A DNA stretch of 64,000 bases from an uncultured Candidatus Saccharibacteria bacterium (GTDB lineage: Bacteria > Patescibacteriota > Minisyncoccia > Phycocordibacterales > UBA2100). Positions 36,845 through 46,628 of the stretch are shown here, in pieces (the first letter of the stretch is position 1; each line of letters starts with the position of its first letter). Location of the stretch: NCBI GenBank assembly GCA_964586255.1, contig CAZPGE010000003.1:2537-66536 (forward strand). The letters are read 5' to 3'. The notes under the pieces are model-generated. The model did not search any database. It had not been told where the DNA came from and saw only the letters and a program-made list of their open reading frames with translations. The position numbers were made by a program, and so were the translations under genes.

Positions 36845-36931
36845 GATGTTGGAAATGGAATAATGAAACCCGGCGCTCGAGCGCCGATTTTTTGTCACAA
36901 GAGCTTGGTATAATCGTCATACCTTCTGAAT

Positions 36932-38272
36932 ATGAAACAATCGTTCGTTCTTTTCGCATGCGCCGTGGTTTTCCTTGGCGCGCTCTCATTCCCCACCGCG
37001 TCTTTCGCGGTAACGAGTGCTGAGGAGCGTGCTGCGCTACAGGCGCAGCTCGATCAGATAGAGCGCGACATAGCCAACAACAAAGGCACGCTCTCGGAGC
37101 TCCAAAAACAGCGTACGACGCTTGAGCGAGATATCGCGATTCTCGACAATAAGATTAAAACAGCGCAAAAGCAGATACGGCAGACCGACCTCACGCTCAA
37201 ACAGATACAGACGGATATCACTGATAAGCAGCAGGCAATCCGTCTGGTCGACATAAAAGTCGTGAAAGGCCAAGATTCGCTCGCTCAAATACTGCGCCGC
37301 ACCCGCGAGATTGACGATCTCTCGATAGCGACACTTGCACTCGCGACCGGCTCTATTTCGGATGTGTTTCAGCAAATAGACAGCTACGAGGCGATTCAAA
37401 AGGCGCTTGGCGAATCTTTTGAAGAGATGGCGCTGTATAAAGAAGAGCTTTCCAACAGGAAAAGGTCTCTCGAAGAAAAAGAAGACGAGGCACAGAAGGT
37501 GCGCACGGCGCAGCTGATAGCGAAGCAGGCGATTCTCGAGGATGAGAAAGAGAAGCAGACGATACTGAATGCCACAAAGGGGCAGGAAAAGACGTATCAA
37601 CAAATCATCGCCGATAAACAAAAGCAGGCTTCTGCAATCCGTGCAGCGCTCTTCGGTCTGCGCGATAGCGGTGCGATACCGTTTGGCACCGCGTACGATT
37701 ATGCGAAGCAGGCCTCGCAGGGTACGGGCGTGCCAGCCGCCTTGATTCTCGCGATTCTCACCCAGGAGACAAATCTCGGAGAGAACCAAGGTTCGTGCTT
37801 CGTGAAGGACCTTGCGACAGGCAATGGCGTGGGCAAGAACACGGGACGCGCGTTCAATAAAGTGATGGCCGCGCCGCGAGACACGACGCCGTTCCAGACG
37901 ATTACCGAATCGCTCGGACGGGATTGGTCGAACACACCGGTGTCCTGCCCTCAGTCAGTGGGCTATGGCGGGGCCATGGGTCCTTCGCAATTCATCCCAT
38001 CGACATGGATGCTCTATAAGACGCGTCTCGCAAACCTGACGGGCGAGGCCTTCCCTGACCCGTGGAATGCGCGAACGGCAATATTCGCGACCGCGCTCCT
38101 CATGGAGGACAATGGCGGTGACGGCGGCACGCGCGAGAGTTGGCGCAAAGCGGCTCTACGCTATTTTGCGGGAGGCAATTGGAGCAAACCAGCCAACGCA
38201 CCATATGGCGATGGCGTGTTGCGACATATGGACAAAATCCAGGCGGAAATCAACATCCTGGAAGGCAAATAG
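36932..38272 (+). CDS. Secreted coiled-coil protein with a C-terminal lytic-transglycosylase (MltB/SLT_2-like) domain
   Basis: Signal peptide, ~250 aa of heptad-rich coiled coil, then GTGVPAALILAILTQETNLG and GAMGPSQFIPSTW, which I recall as the SLT_2 catalytic-region signature. Confidence 0.6.
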   Translation: MKQSFVLFACAVVFLGALSFPTASFAVTSAEERAALQAQLDQIERDIANNKGTLSELQKQRTTLERDIAILDNKIKTAQKQIRQTDLTLKQIQTDITDKQQAIRLVDIKVVKGQDSLAQILRRTREIDDLSIATLALATGSISDVFQQIDSYEAIQKALGESFEEMALYKEELSNRKRSLEEKEDEAQKVRTAQLIAKQAILEDEKEKQTILNATKGQEKTYQQIIADKQKQASAIRAALFGLRDSGAIPFGTAYDYAKQASQGTGVPAALILAILTQETNLGENQGSCFVKDLATGNGVGKNTGRAFNKVMAAPRDTTPFQTITESLGRDWSNTPVSCPQSVGYGGAMGPSQFIPSTWMLYKTRLANLTGEAFPDPWNARTAIFATALLMEDNGGDGGTRESWRKAALRYFAGGNWSKPANAPYGDGVLRHMDKIQAEINILEGK

Positions 38273-38318
38273 CGCCACCATTTGTCTTTTTCAAAGAATT
38301 TGGGTATAGTACCGCGAC

Positions 38319-38585
38319 ATGAAAAAGGATATTCATCCGGAGAACTATCGCAGCGTTATCTTCGAGGACGTAACCTCGGGGAAGCGTTTTCTGATTGGTT
38401 CGACCATCGCGACCGAAAAGACCGACAAATGGGAGGATGGAAAGGAATACCCCGTCTACCAGATTGAAATCTCAAGCGCGTCTCACCCCTTCTACACCGG
38501 CCAGTCCAAGACCATCGACACCGCAGGTCGCGTAGAGAAGTTCAAGACTCGCGCCGCTGCCAAGAAGACCAAGACCTCCAAATAA
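38319..38585 (+). CDS. rpmE2: 50S ribosomal protein L31 (type B, no zinc ribbon)
   Basis: [29 protein letters not shown]...HPFYTGQ. The CxxC pairs are absent. Confidence 0.85.
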   Translation: MKKDIHPENYRSVIFEDVTSGKRFLIGSTIATEKTDKWEDGKEYPVYQIEISSASHPFYTGQSKTIDTAGRVEKFKTRAAAKKTKTSK

Positions 38586-38598
38586 AAAGACGCTCGGC

Positions 38599-38631
38599 AT
38601 CCGTTCTCGTTCGCACGGATATTTTTCTGTT
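38599..38631 (+). terminator. Putative intrinsic terminator after rpmE2
   Basis: Stem atccgt / acggat with a 10-nt loop, then atttttctgtt. Confidence 0.5.
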
Positions 38632-38738
38632 GAAAAATTCCTCGTGCGAGATGTCCTGGGTCGGCAGACGACGCGCTCGCAAGGCTCACTTGAACCGATG
38701 CACTCGCTAAAAGCCGGAAATGCCAATATACTCGCGGT

Positions 38739-39743
38739 ATGAATGAGACAAAGCACATAAATCCGGAAGAGTTCGCTGACGACCAGCGAGTGGCATATCT
38801 CATACCTGAATGGAAACGACTTACGCAAGCGGAGAAAGATGCCGCCGAGCTTCTGGAAGTGGACCCTGCGATGAAAGAGCTTGCCGAGAAAGAACTCGAA
38901 GAGATAAGTTTGCAGAAAGACGCACTTTTGGCACAGATGGAGAATATCGTCGGCAAAGTGGGCGAGCGCGAATGGCCCAACGAGATTGTGCTCGAAGTCC
39001 GGGCAGGAGTCGGTGGCGATGAAGCGTCGTTGTTTGCAGAAGACTTAGCTCGCATGTATTTGCGTTATGCGGAGTCCAAGGGCTGGAAGACACGTTCTCT
39101 CGACGAATCACGCGCAAGTATCGGCGGCTATAAAGAAGCGCAATTTGAGATTCGCGGTGAAAACGCTTATCGCGAGTTGCAATTTGAGACAGGTGTACAT
39201 CGCGTGCAGCGCGTACCTGCCACTGAGAAGGCAGGGCGCACACACACTTCGACCGCATCGGTCGCGATAATGCCGATATACAAGCGCACGACTATCGTCA
39301 TCAATCCTTCCGACCTCGAGATAGAAACATCTCGCTCGGGAGGTGCGGGCGGACAAAACGTCAACAAGGTGGAGACGGCAGTGCGCATCATCCACAAACC
39401 GACCGGTATGGATGTGCGCTGTACATCGGAGAGAAGTCAGGTCCAAAACAGAGAGAAGGCAATGATGCTCCTCACGAGCAGGTTGCAGCAGGCGCAAGAC
39501 GAGCGCGAGGCCAGGGAGCGGGCCGCAGACCGCAAGCAGCAGGTGGGTACTGGCGATCGCTCGGAGAAGATTCGCACGTACAATTTCCCGCAGGACAGAG
39601 TCACCGACCACCGCATCAAACAATCATGGTCGAATATTGAGGGCATTATGCAGGGTCGTATAGGGCCTATCTTGGAGGCTCTTGAGAAGGCAGAGGGGGG
39701 AGACCTATCCGAGGGGGAGGGCGCCTCCGGTGAAGACGAGTAA
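38739..39743 (+). CDS. prfA: Peptide chain release factor 1
   Basis: [18 protein letters not shown] (GGQ motif). [14 protein letters not shown] (P-A-T tripeptide, RF1-type). Acidic C-terminal extension ([16 protein letters not shown]). Confidence 0.85.
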   Translation: MNETKHINPEEFADDQRVAYLIPEWKRLTQAEKDAAELLEVDPAMKELAEKELEEISLQKDALLAQMENIVGKVGEREWPNEIVLEVRAGVGGDEASLFAEDLARMYLRYAESKGWKTRSLDESRASIGGYKEAQFEIRGENAYRELQFETGVHRVQRVPATEKAGRTHTSTASVAIMPIYKRTTIVINPSDLEIETSRSGGAGGQNVNKVETAVRIIHKPTGMDVRCTSERSQVQNREKAMMLLTSRLQQAQDEREARERAADRKQQVGTGDRSEKIRTYNFPQDRVTDHRIKQSWSNIEGIMQGRIGPILEALEKAEGGDLSEGEGASGEDE

Positions 39744-39820
39744 TCCGCCCTGCCCTTGCAGGGGCGGCTTCGCTTTGGTACTATCCCAGTGCTCCGCCGC
39801 CTGGCGGATTCAACATATTC

Positions 39821-40534
39821 ATGGCAACAGAAAGCGATATCAAGACACTCTTCGAAGCGGGCGCGCACTTCGGTTTTTCTCGCGCACGCAGACACCCCAC
39901 TGCAGCTCCCTTTCTTTTCGGTACCAAAGATCGCACTGATATTTTTGACCTTGAGGAGACTGAGCGCCGTCTTGCCGCCGCAGCAGAGTTTGTCGCTTCA
40001 ATCGCCCAGTCAGGCAAGCAAGTACTTTTTGTCGGCGGTAAGCATGAAGCGGTCGCGACGGTGAAAAGTCTCGCTGAGCAGATAGGGGCGCCGTACGTCG
40101 CAGGACGCTGGATTGGCGGCACGCTCACCAATTTCAAAAACATCCGCAAGCGCATCGACCTCCTCCTCAAGCTCTCTGAAGAGCGTGAGACGGGAGCACT
40201 TGAGAAGTACACTAAAAAGGAGCGCCTCCTCATCGACCGTCAAATAGAAGAGCTCATCGCCCGCTTCGGCGGACTTGTAAGCATGACGGATCTTCCTGGT
40301 GCACTGTTCGTCGTCGACTCAAGGCACGAGAATACTGCAGTCCAAGAAGCAAACCAGCTCAGCATACCGGTTGTCGGACTCGCATCCTCGGATTGCGACT
40401 TCGCGCTCGTGCAGTATCCAATACCGGCCAACGACACTTCAGTGCGTAGCATCCGCCTCGTCGCGGAAGCTATCGCAGAAGCGTACCAGGGTGCGAAGCG
40501 TGCTCCCGCTCCCAAGGCGGCAGTACAGCGCTAA
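39821..40534 (+). CDS. rpsB: 30S ribosomal protein S2
   Basis: LFEAGAHFGFSRARRHPTAAPFLFGTKDRTDIFDLEET...VLFVGGK matches bS2 along its whole length. Confidence 0.9.
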   Translation: MATESDIKTLFEAGAHFGFSRARRHPTAAPFLFGTKDRTDIFDLEETERRLAAAAEFVASIAQSGKQVLFVGGKHEAVATVKSLAEQIGAPYVAGRWIGGTLTNFKNIRKRIDLLLKLSEERETGALEKYTKKERLLIDRQIEELIARFGGLVSMTDLPGALFVVDSRHENTAVQEANQLSIPVVGLASSDCDFALVQYPIPANDTSVRSIRLVAEAIAEAYQGAKRAPAPKAAVQR

Positions 40535-40579
40535 GTGTTATAATCGATAAATAGGCCGCCTGCGGTCACTTGTTCTACT

Positions 40580-41161
40580 ATGGCTACAACTGAAGAAATA
40601 AAGGCATTGCGTGATGAGACAGGCGTTTCGATAATGCAGTGCAAGAGGGCACTCGAAGAGGCTGCGGGTGACGTGGAGAAGGCCAAGGTCTTGCTTCGCA
40701 AGGCATCGGCAGCCATTGCTACAAAGAAATCTGACCGTGAACTCGGCGCGGGCGTCGCTGCTGCGTATGTGCACGCAGGAGGCTCTGTAGTAGGCGCTGT
40801 GGTGCTTGCCTGTGAGACTGACTTCGTATCGAAGAACGAAGAGTTTTCGAAGCTCGCGTACGACATAGCCATGCACGTAGCAGCTATGAAGCCGCAATTT
40901 AAAACGAAAGACGACGTGAAAGACACGGATGTACGCGCCGCCAAAGAGGTTTTCACTGAGGAAGCGGCGAATGTGCCGGCGGAAAAACGCGACATGGTCG
41001 TACAGGGGAAACTCGATGCGTATCTCAAAGAGCGCGTGCTTCTCGAACAGCCATTTGTGAAAAACGGAGATATCACGATTCGCGAGCTCATCGACACGCA
41101 CATGCAGAAGTTCGGCGAGAAGATTGAAATAACGCGCTTCGAACGACTCTCGGTAAAATAG
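40580..41161 (+). CDS. tsf: Elongation factor Ts (short form)
   Basis: MATTEEIKALRDETGVSIMQCKRALEEAAGDVEKAKVLLRK (UBA-like N-terminus) and VVLACETDFVSKNEEF (dimerisation core). Confidence 0.9.
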   Translation: MATTEEIKALRDETGVSIMQCKRALEEAAGDVEKAKVLLRKASAAIATKKSDRELGAGVAAAYVHAGGSVVGAVVLACETDFVSKNEEFSKLAYDIAMHVAAMKPQFKTKDDVKDTDVRAAKEVFTEEAANVPAEKRDMVVQGKLDAYLKERVLLEQPFVKNGDITIRELIDTHMQKFGEKIEITRFERLSVK

Positions 41162-41163
41162 TC

Positions 41164-41556
41164 ATGATTGCAGCGGCATCAGTATTTTTCGTATCGCTCA
41201 CTGGACTCTCCCTGCTCTTCGGACTCAAGGCGATTGAATCAAAGCGAGGAAATATATTCCTGCCTCGTGTGCGCTCCGCAGCGGACGATGCAGCACTCTC
41301 TCTCAAATCGCTTCTCTCGGATCTCCGCGCCATGATCTCCAAACTGCCGCCTGCATGCGTGTACCTGAGCCGAGTCGCACTCCATAAGCTTGCGCTTGGT
41401 TCTGCTCAGCTTGCGCGCCTCGCCGAGGCGCAGTCGCATAAAGTGGCGGACCTCGTATCGCATAAGCGAAACTTTGAGAAGCGCGAGCCACGCTCTGACT
41501 TCCTCAGGCAAGTGGGAGAGAGGAATGATATCGATTCAGGTCTTGATACGAAGTAA
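41164..41556 (+). CDS. Small N-terminally anchored hypothetical protein
   Basis: TM helix (IAAASVFFVSLTGLSLLFGL) and a helical remainder. Starts 2 nt after the tsf stop. Confidence 0.35.
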   Translation: MIAAASVFFVSLTGLSLLFGLKAIESKRGNIFLPRVRSAADDAALSLKSLLSDLRAMISKLPPACVYLSRVALHKLALGSAQLARLAEAQSHKVADLVSHKRNFEKREPRSDFLRQVGERNDIDSGLDTK

Positions 41557-41693
41557 GAGAGAGGGCACAATAGCCCCACGCCGCCTTAGCTCCCTGCTTC
41601 GCACAAGCAATGCATGAGCTTCGCAGGGCAAGCAGTAGTACTTTCCACTACGACTTGCACTTCGAAGCTCCGGCGTAGCCGGAGCGTAGTAGT

Positions 41694-41766
41694 GCCGCCT
41701 TAGCTCAGTTGGTAGAGCAACGCTTTTGTAAAGCGAAGGTCCCCGGTTCGAGTCCGGGAGGCGGCT
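41694..41766 (+). tRNA. tRNA-Thr (anticodon UGU)
   Basis: Folded by hand. Acceptor stem gccgcct / aggcggc (7 bp). D-arm gctc-agttggta-gagc. Anticodon loop tt-TGT-aa. T-arm cccgg-ttcgagt-ccggg (GTTCGAGTC consensus). Discriminator t. CCA is not encoded. Confidence 0.8.
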
Positions 41767-41853
41767 CAAACGAAGTGCAGAGACGCGTCCCGGACTGGAT
41801 AGGGACGGGAAAACCGGGGGTTTCCCAGCCGCCTGCGAGGCGGTTCAAAGAAA

Positions 41854-42567
41854 TTACCTATCCGTTGATGTAGCAGTCGTGCTTGCAGCTTCTTCGAGGG
41901 TAGAGAGTTCAGGGAGAATCTCGGCGATATCATCCATCGTCTTGAAGCCATAGTAGGCCTGACCGTTTATTACGAGCGCTGGCAGCGCATTTCGGACATC
42001 GTTGATGTCGATGAGCGTCTGGAGCGCTGCGAGGTCGAGATTGTAGTCGAAAGAGTAGATGCGAAGCTGTGGATATTTTTCATTAAGACCCGTGAGCACG
42101 TACCCCTGCTGCTCGCAGTCTTCACAGTCGCCCTTGTTGGAGTAGAAGTAGAGAATGAAGACGGGGTCAATGTTGCGGCATTTTTGTGTAACCTCCTGCA
42201 TGAGCATGAGGTCCTTTATCTGAAGAAGCGAATAGTAGCGTTTGAGACGGTCGAGCTCGTTTTCGTCGACTCCCGGTTGCAGCTCGAGGTAGGAGAGCCT
42301 GCTTGCCAGTGGTCGTATTTCACTGGAGAGCACGGAGTTTTCCGTGATGTCGCGGCAAGCGTGTTCGGCAAGAAGTTCAAACTGCGTCTCTAGGGAGAGT
42401 ATATCTATAGAGATATTGTCCTGCGTCGCCTGTATATCAGCGATACGGCGGTTGTTGAAATAGTTGGATACGTAGAGCGCGGTCGCAAAGATGAGCGCCG
42501 TGATGACGAATGCCACTATATAGCTGCTCCAGCGAGCAGAGCGCGTTTCGACTACCGGTTCTTCCAT
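41854..42567 (-). CDS. Membrane-anchored thioredoxin-fold protein with a CxxC motif (putative extracytoplasmic thiol-disulfide oxidoreductase)
   Basis: N-terminal TM helix (YIVAFVITALIFATALYV). Contains FYSNKGDCEDCEQQGYVL and a later ALPALVING, a cis-Pro-like region. Confidence 0.5.
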   Translation of the reverse strand: MEEPVVETRSARWSSYIVAFVITALIFATALYVSNYFNNRRIADIQATQDNISIDILSLETQFELLAEHACRDITENSVLSSEIRPLASRLSYLELQPGVDENELDRLKRYYSLLQIKDLMLMQEVTQKCRNIDPVFILYFYSNKGDCEDCEQQGYVLTGLNEKYPQLRIYSFDYNLDLAALQTLIDINDVRNALPALVINGQAYYGFKTMDDIAEILPELSTLEEAASTTATSTDR

Positions 42568-42571
42568 AGAG

Positions 42572-43819
42572 TTATCGCCACCTTACACCAGTCTTGAAGA
42601 CTGCGCGAACCACGGCGGCGGAGAGCCAGAGCGGCGCGAGGAAGCTATAAAAGAGGAGGAAAAGTGGTGTCGCGGCGGGTGGCCTGCGTGAACCGGTCCC
42701 AATGAACGAGCCTGCCGAGATGAGGACAAGAATAAGCCCCACGCTGACAAACACGAGAAATATCATCGCGCTCGTATTTACATAGAAAAGTTCAAACGAA
42801 CCTGGCGACACATAGAGGCCCGAGAAGTATACGCGGGCGAGTTCATCGCGGAGCATCAATGCTCCCTCGGCGAGAATGCGGAGGAAGAAATAGATACCCG
42901 CTCCGATTGAGAGAATGGCAGAGGGGAGCACAATGAGACCGAGGTTCCCGTACTTCTTATTGCCGAGCATGAAGCGGTAGTCGACCGCGTTGCGCAACCA
43001 GCCATACGTCCATCGTACTCGCTGACGGAAGAGTGCGGGGAGGGTACGTGGGGTCGACGTGTGCACTATAGCTTTGGGTGCATTTGCGATGAGATGGCCA
43101 GCGACCTGCATGCGGAGCGCCATTTCCATGTCCTCGGTGGAGTGAGCGTATCGCCATCCGCCGAGCTCGCGTATGACAGATGCTCGGAAGAACGAAAATG
43201 GGCCCGGTGTGATAAACGCTGAGCCAAGCGCGGCGAGGATGAAGCGGTTGAAAATCGAGAGGCGATATTCCACGTGCTGCATGTGCTGCAGGATCGTCTG
43301 TGGGTCGCGTACGTGAATGCCCGGCGTCACCGCAGCAATCTTTTCGTTGTCGAAGACAGGTACGATTCGCAGAAGTGCCTCTTTTGCTACCACGGAATCG
43401 GCATCGAGACAGCCGATGAGCTCGGCGTGAGTTCGCTCAATCGCATGATTCATCGCGGTGTGTTTGCCGCCGTTGGCTTTCGTGAAGACGCGGACGCGTG
43501 GGTCCGCTTCAAACGTACGGAGCACCTCGAGCGTGTTATCTACCGAGCCGTCGTCGACCGCAATGATTTCGAGTCGGTCAGCGGGGTAGTCGAGCGCGAG
43601 AAGCGAGCGCATCGTACTCTCTACCGTGCGGCCTTCGTTGTAGCAGGGGACCACAATGGCGACCGAAGGAAAGTGAGTAGGCACTCGAACCGCGGCGGGG
43701 AGCGTCTTTTGAAAACGACGGCGCACAAATGCAAGCAGCAAGAACACCTCGAAGTAGAGGGACGTAAAAAGAAGCACGTATGTAGCCAAAGCTGCGGCGT
43801 TCATAAATTGTGGGTGCAT
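42572..43819 (-). CDS. Family-2 glycosyltransferase, processive type (PgaC / cellulose-synthase-like), integral membrane
   Basis: VAIVVPCYNEG, IIAVDDGS, GCLDADS and the QxxRW-type motif FRQRVRWTYG, with N- and C-terminal TM helices. Starts at Met 76 of ORF 42572..44044; the upstream 75 codons look non-coding. Confidence 0.75.
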   Translation of the reverse strand: MHPQFMNAAALATYVLLFTSLYFEVFLLLAFVRRRFQKTLPAAVRVPTHFPSVAIVVPCYNEGRTVESTMRSLLALDYPADRLEIIAVDDGSVDNTLEVLRTFEADPRVRVFTKANGGKHTAMNHAIERTHAELIGCLDADSVVAKEALLRIVPVFDNEKIAAVTPGIHVRDPQTILQHMQHVEYRLSIFNRFILAALGSAFITPGPFSFFRASVIRELGGWRYAHSTEDMEMALRMQVAGHLIANAPKAIVHTSTPRTLPALFRQRVRWTYGWLRNAVDYRFMLGNKKYGNLGLIVLPSAILSIGAGIYFFLRILAEGALMLRDELARVYFSGLYVSPGSFELFYVNTSAMIFLVFVSVGLILVLISAGSFIGTGSRRPPAATPLFLLFYSFLAPLWLSAAVVRAVFKTGVRWR

Positions 43820-43979
43820 TATAGCAAAAAGGGGTGCTCGGCGGCAGTGTTCGTGGGAAACACGCGTTTCCGCCTGCTGGCGGAACGGCTCCTCTCGCTC
43901 CCGTCGGGGCTGCGAGGGGTTTCCCACGAACACTGCCGCGCTCGCGCTTGTTCGAGGATGCGGTACTCGCTTTAAGCCT

Positions 43980-44738
43980 TTGGGAGAGGCTATACTGTCT
44001 CGCATGCCAGAAACGGGACACGTGCACCCTATCTCATACCTCATTCGCGAGGCGAATCGTATTTTTCACGGCATGGGCTTTACGTTTGCCTCGGGGCCAC
44101 TCCTTGAGAGCGAGTGGTACAACTTCGACGCGCTCAACGTGCCCAAAGATCATCCGGCTCGCGACATGCAAGATACGTTTTTCATAAAGGACGAGCCCGG
44201 ATACGTGCTTCGTACACACACGTCGCCTGTGCAGGTGCGCTATATGGAAGCGCAGATGAAAAAAGGCATCGAGCCGCCGTATCGAGTGATTGTGCCGGGC
44301 AAGGTCTTTCGCAATGAGGCGACCGATATGACGCACGAAGCAGAATTCTTTCAGATAGAAGGACTCGCCGTTGGCGAAGACGTGACGCTCGCACACCTCA
44401 AAGGTACGCTTGAGAAATTTTTCAAAGAACTTTTCGCTGGCGCGAATGTGGAAATCCGATTTCGCCCGAGCTTTTTCCCTTTTACAGAGCCCAGCGTCGA
44501 AGTCGATATGCGCCTTGTGGGCGATGCGGCACCGGAGAAGCTCCGCGACCGTTGGATAGAGATGATGGGCGCCGGCATGGTACATCCGAGCGTGTTGCGC
44601 AACGCAGGGCTCGACCCGGAAAGATATCGTGGCTTCGCCTTCGGCATGGGGCTCGACCGTCTCGCTATGCTTCGGTGGGGCATCGACGATGTGCGCCACA
44701 TGCACTCAGCGGACCTGCGTTTCATCAATCAGTTTTAA
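43980..44738 (+). CDS. pheS: Phenylalanine--tRNA ligase alpha subunit (catalytic core only, short form)
   Basis: HPARDMQDTFF (motif 1), FRNEATDMTHEAEFFQIEG (motif 2) and GFAFGMGLDRLAML (motif 3). About 250 aa, with no long N-terminal domain. An alternative start at 44004 (MPETGH) is possible. Confidence 0.85.
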   Translation: MGEAILSRMPETGHVHPISYLIREANRIFHGMGFTFASGPLLESEWYNFDALNVPKDHPARDMQDTFFIKDEPGYVLRTHTSPVQVRYMEAQMKKGIEPPYRVIVPGKVFRNEATDMTHEAEFFQIEGLAVGEDVTLAHLKGTLEKFFKELFAGANVEIRFRPSFFPFTEPSVEVDMRLVGDAAPEKLRDRWIEMMGAGMVHPSVLRNAGLDPERYRGFAFGMGLDRLAMLRWGIDDVRHMHSADLRFINQF

Positions 44739-44739
44739 T

Positions 44740-46557
44740 ATGAAAATCTCACGCAATTGGCTCCAGACGTTTTTCGATTCACCACTCCCTGAGAGCGATG
44801 TTCTCTCTGAAGCGCTTACATTTCATGCATTTGAAATTGAGAGCATTGAAAATGACGTGCTCGATATAAAAGTGACTGCCAATCGTGGTCATGATTGCCT
44901 TTCCCATCGCGGTATCGCGAAAGAACTTTCTGCCATACTCGAGAAACCGCTTCGTGCCGATCCTCTGCGTCAGCAGCCTGACCTCTCACAAAGGACCGAC
45001 AGGGTGGAAGTCACCATCGAAGAGCCGAGTCTCTGCAAGCGCTACATCGCAGGCTACATTCGTGGCGTGCAGGTGGGTCCATCGCCCGAGTGGCTTCAAA
45101 AGGCGCTTGAGTCGGTGGGGCAGCGCAGTATCAACAACGTAGTCGATGCGACGAACTACGTGATGTTTAACCTAGGACAGCCCTTGCACGCTTTTGATGC
45201 GGGGCAGCTCATCGAGAAAGATGGCGTGTATTCGATAAAGGTACGCAAAGCGAAAAGCGGTGAGCGCATGGTCGCGCTTGACGAAAAAGAGTACACGCTC
45301 TCGGATTCCATGCTGGTCATTGCCGATGCGCGGGCAGATTCTGCGATAGGTATCGCCGGCGTAAAGGGCGGCGCACCTGCGGGTATCACACAAGAGACGT
45401 CGGACATCATCATCGAATCCGCAAATTTCGAAGGTGTCTCGGTTCGAAAAACTGCCGCAGCACTCAAGCTCCGCACCGACGCATCGTCGCGCTTTGAACA
45501 GGTCATCTCGCCAGAACTCACTGCGTACGGTATGCGTGCGGCTGCCGATCTCATACTCGAACTCGCGGGTGGAGAGCTCGTCGGCTTTGTCGACGAATAT
45601 CCCGTGACGCAGGAAAAGATGACTGCGAGTGTCTCCGTGCCTCATATCAACAAGACGCTCGGTACCTCATTTAGCGCGGAGGAGGTGGTGCGAATCTTCG
45701 GTAGACTCGATTTGGCGCATTCACAGACAGGAGATGCCTTCGAAGTGCATGCCCCCTTCGAGCGACTCGACCTCTCTATTCCGGAAGATTTGGTGGAAGA
45801 GGTCGCGCGTATCGCAGGATATGAGCATGTGCCCACTGTTGAGCTGTCGCCGCTTTCGACCCCGGTAGAAGTCAACGCGGAATTTGCACGGTCCGAACGC
45901 GTCCGCGCGTTCCTTTGCAGCCTAGGCTTTAGTGAAGTGTTCACATCGGTATTCACCACAAAAGGTGACCGCGTGGTGCTCAACAAGGTCGACGGTGTGA
46001 AGCCGCACCTGCGCAGAAGCATTGCCGAGTCGCTTCAGGAAGCCCTTGAGCGCAATATCCGCAATAAAGACGTGCTCGGTCTCGCGCAGGTGAAGATTTT
46101 TGAGATAGGCACGGTATGGAAGGGCGGCAAGGAAGAAGTGGAAGTGGAAATCGCGGTGGAAAAAGTAAAAGGACAGAAGAATACGGAAGAATACAAGAAA
46201 CTCCTTGAAGAGCATCTCTCCGAGTACGGCGAGGGGGACTCGTACGAAGACCTGCCGTTTACAGGAGCGTTGCGATACGAGCCATTTTCAAAATATCCTT
46301 TCATTGTTCGCGATATTGCGCTCTGGGTGCCAGACGGGACACAGGCGGACGAGGTGCTGAGTGTCATCCGCGATGCGTCGGGTTCACTTTTGGTGCGCAG
46401 TGCACTTTTTGATGAGTTCACAAAAGAGGGTCGTACTTCGTACGCATTTCGGCTTGTGTTCCAATCGTTTGATAGGACGCTCACCGACCAAGACGCGAAC
46501 GAGCGAATGGAAAGCGTGCAAACCGCCGTTGCGTCAAATGGCTGGCAGGTCCGCTAA
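44740..46557 (+). CDS. pheT: Phenylalanine--tRNA ligase beta subunit (short form, ~605 aa)
   Basis: MKISRNWLQTFF (B1 domain), the B3/B4 region (INNVVDATNYVMFNLGQPLHAFD), B5 (FEGVSVRKTAAALKLRTDASSRFE) and the C-terminal FDX-like domain. Starts 1-2 nt after pheS. Confidence 0.85.
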   Translation: MKISRNWLQTFFDSPLPESDVLSEALTFHAFEIESIENDVLDIKVTANRGHDCLSHRGIAKELSAILEKPLRADPLRQQPDLSQRTDRVEVTIEEPSLCKRYIAGYIRGVQVGPSPEWLQKALESVGQRSINNVVDATNYVMFNLGQPLHAFDAGQLIEKDGVYSIKVRKAKSGERMVALDEKEYTLSDSMLVIADARADSAIGIAGVKGGAPAGITQETSDIIIESANFEGVSVRKTAAALKLRTDASSRFEQVISPELTAYGMRAAADLILELAGGELVGFVDEYPVTQEKMTASVSVPHINKTLGTSFSAEEVVRIFGRLDLAHSQTGDAFEVHAPFERLDLSIPEDLVEEVARIAGYEHVPTVELSPLSTPVEVNAEFARSERVRAFLCSLGFSEVFTSVFTTKGDRVVLNKVDGVKPHLRRSIAESLQEALERNIRNKDVLGLAQVKIFEIGTVWKGGKEEVEVEIAVEKVKGQKNTEEYKKLLEEHLSEYGEGDSYEDLPFTGALRYEPFSKYPFIVRDIALWVPDGTQADEVLSVIRDASGSLLVRSALFDEFTKEGRTSYAFRLVFQSFDRTLTDQDANERMESVQTAVASNGWQVR

Positions 46558-46628
46558 ATACTCACGCGAGGTGGGGGATTTCGACTAGGCAAGGAGGTCA
46601 TTTTTTGCTATACTTCGGGCATAAAACT

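Noticed and set aside
38739-39743. Possibility that the release factor is RF2 with a programmed frameshift, or that TGA is recoded
   Set aside because: The ORF is continuous with no internal TGA and carries the RF1-type P-A-T tripeptide. Many genes in the window terminate with TGA, so the standard code applies.
41578-41590. Second tRNA gene upstream of tRNA-Thr
   Set aside because: Only the first 13 nt of a tRNA are present. No D-arm, anticodon arm or T-arm can be folded from the following sequence.
42572-44044. Full 490-aa ORF for the glycosyltransferase
   Set aside because: The first 75 codons are Arg/Pro-rich, lack a TM helix, and overlap the palindromic intergenic element. The Met at residue 76 immediately precedes the first TM helix, so the shorter start was chosen.
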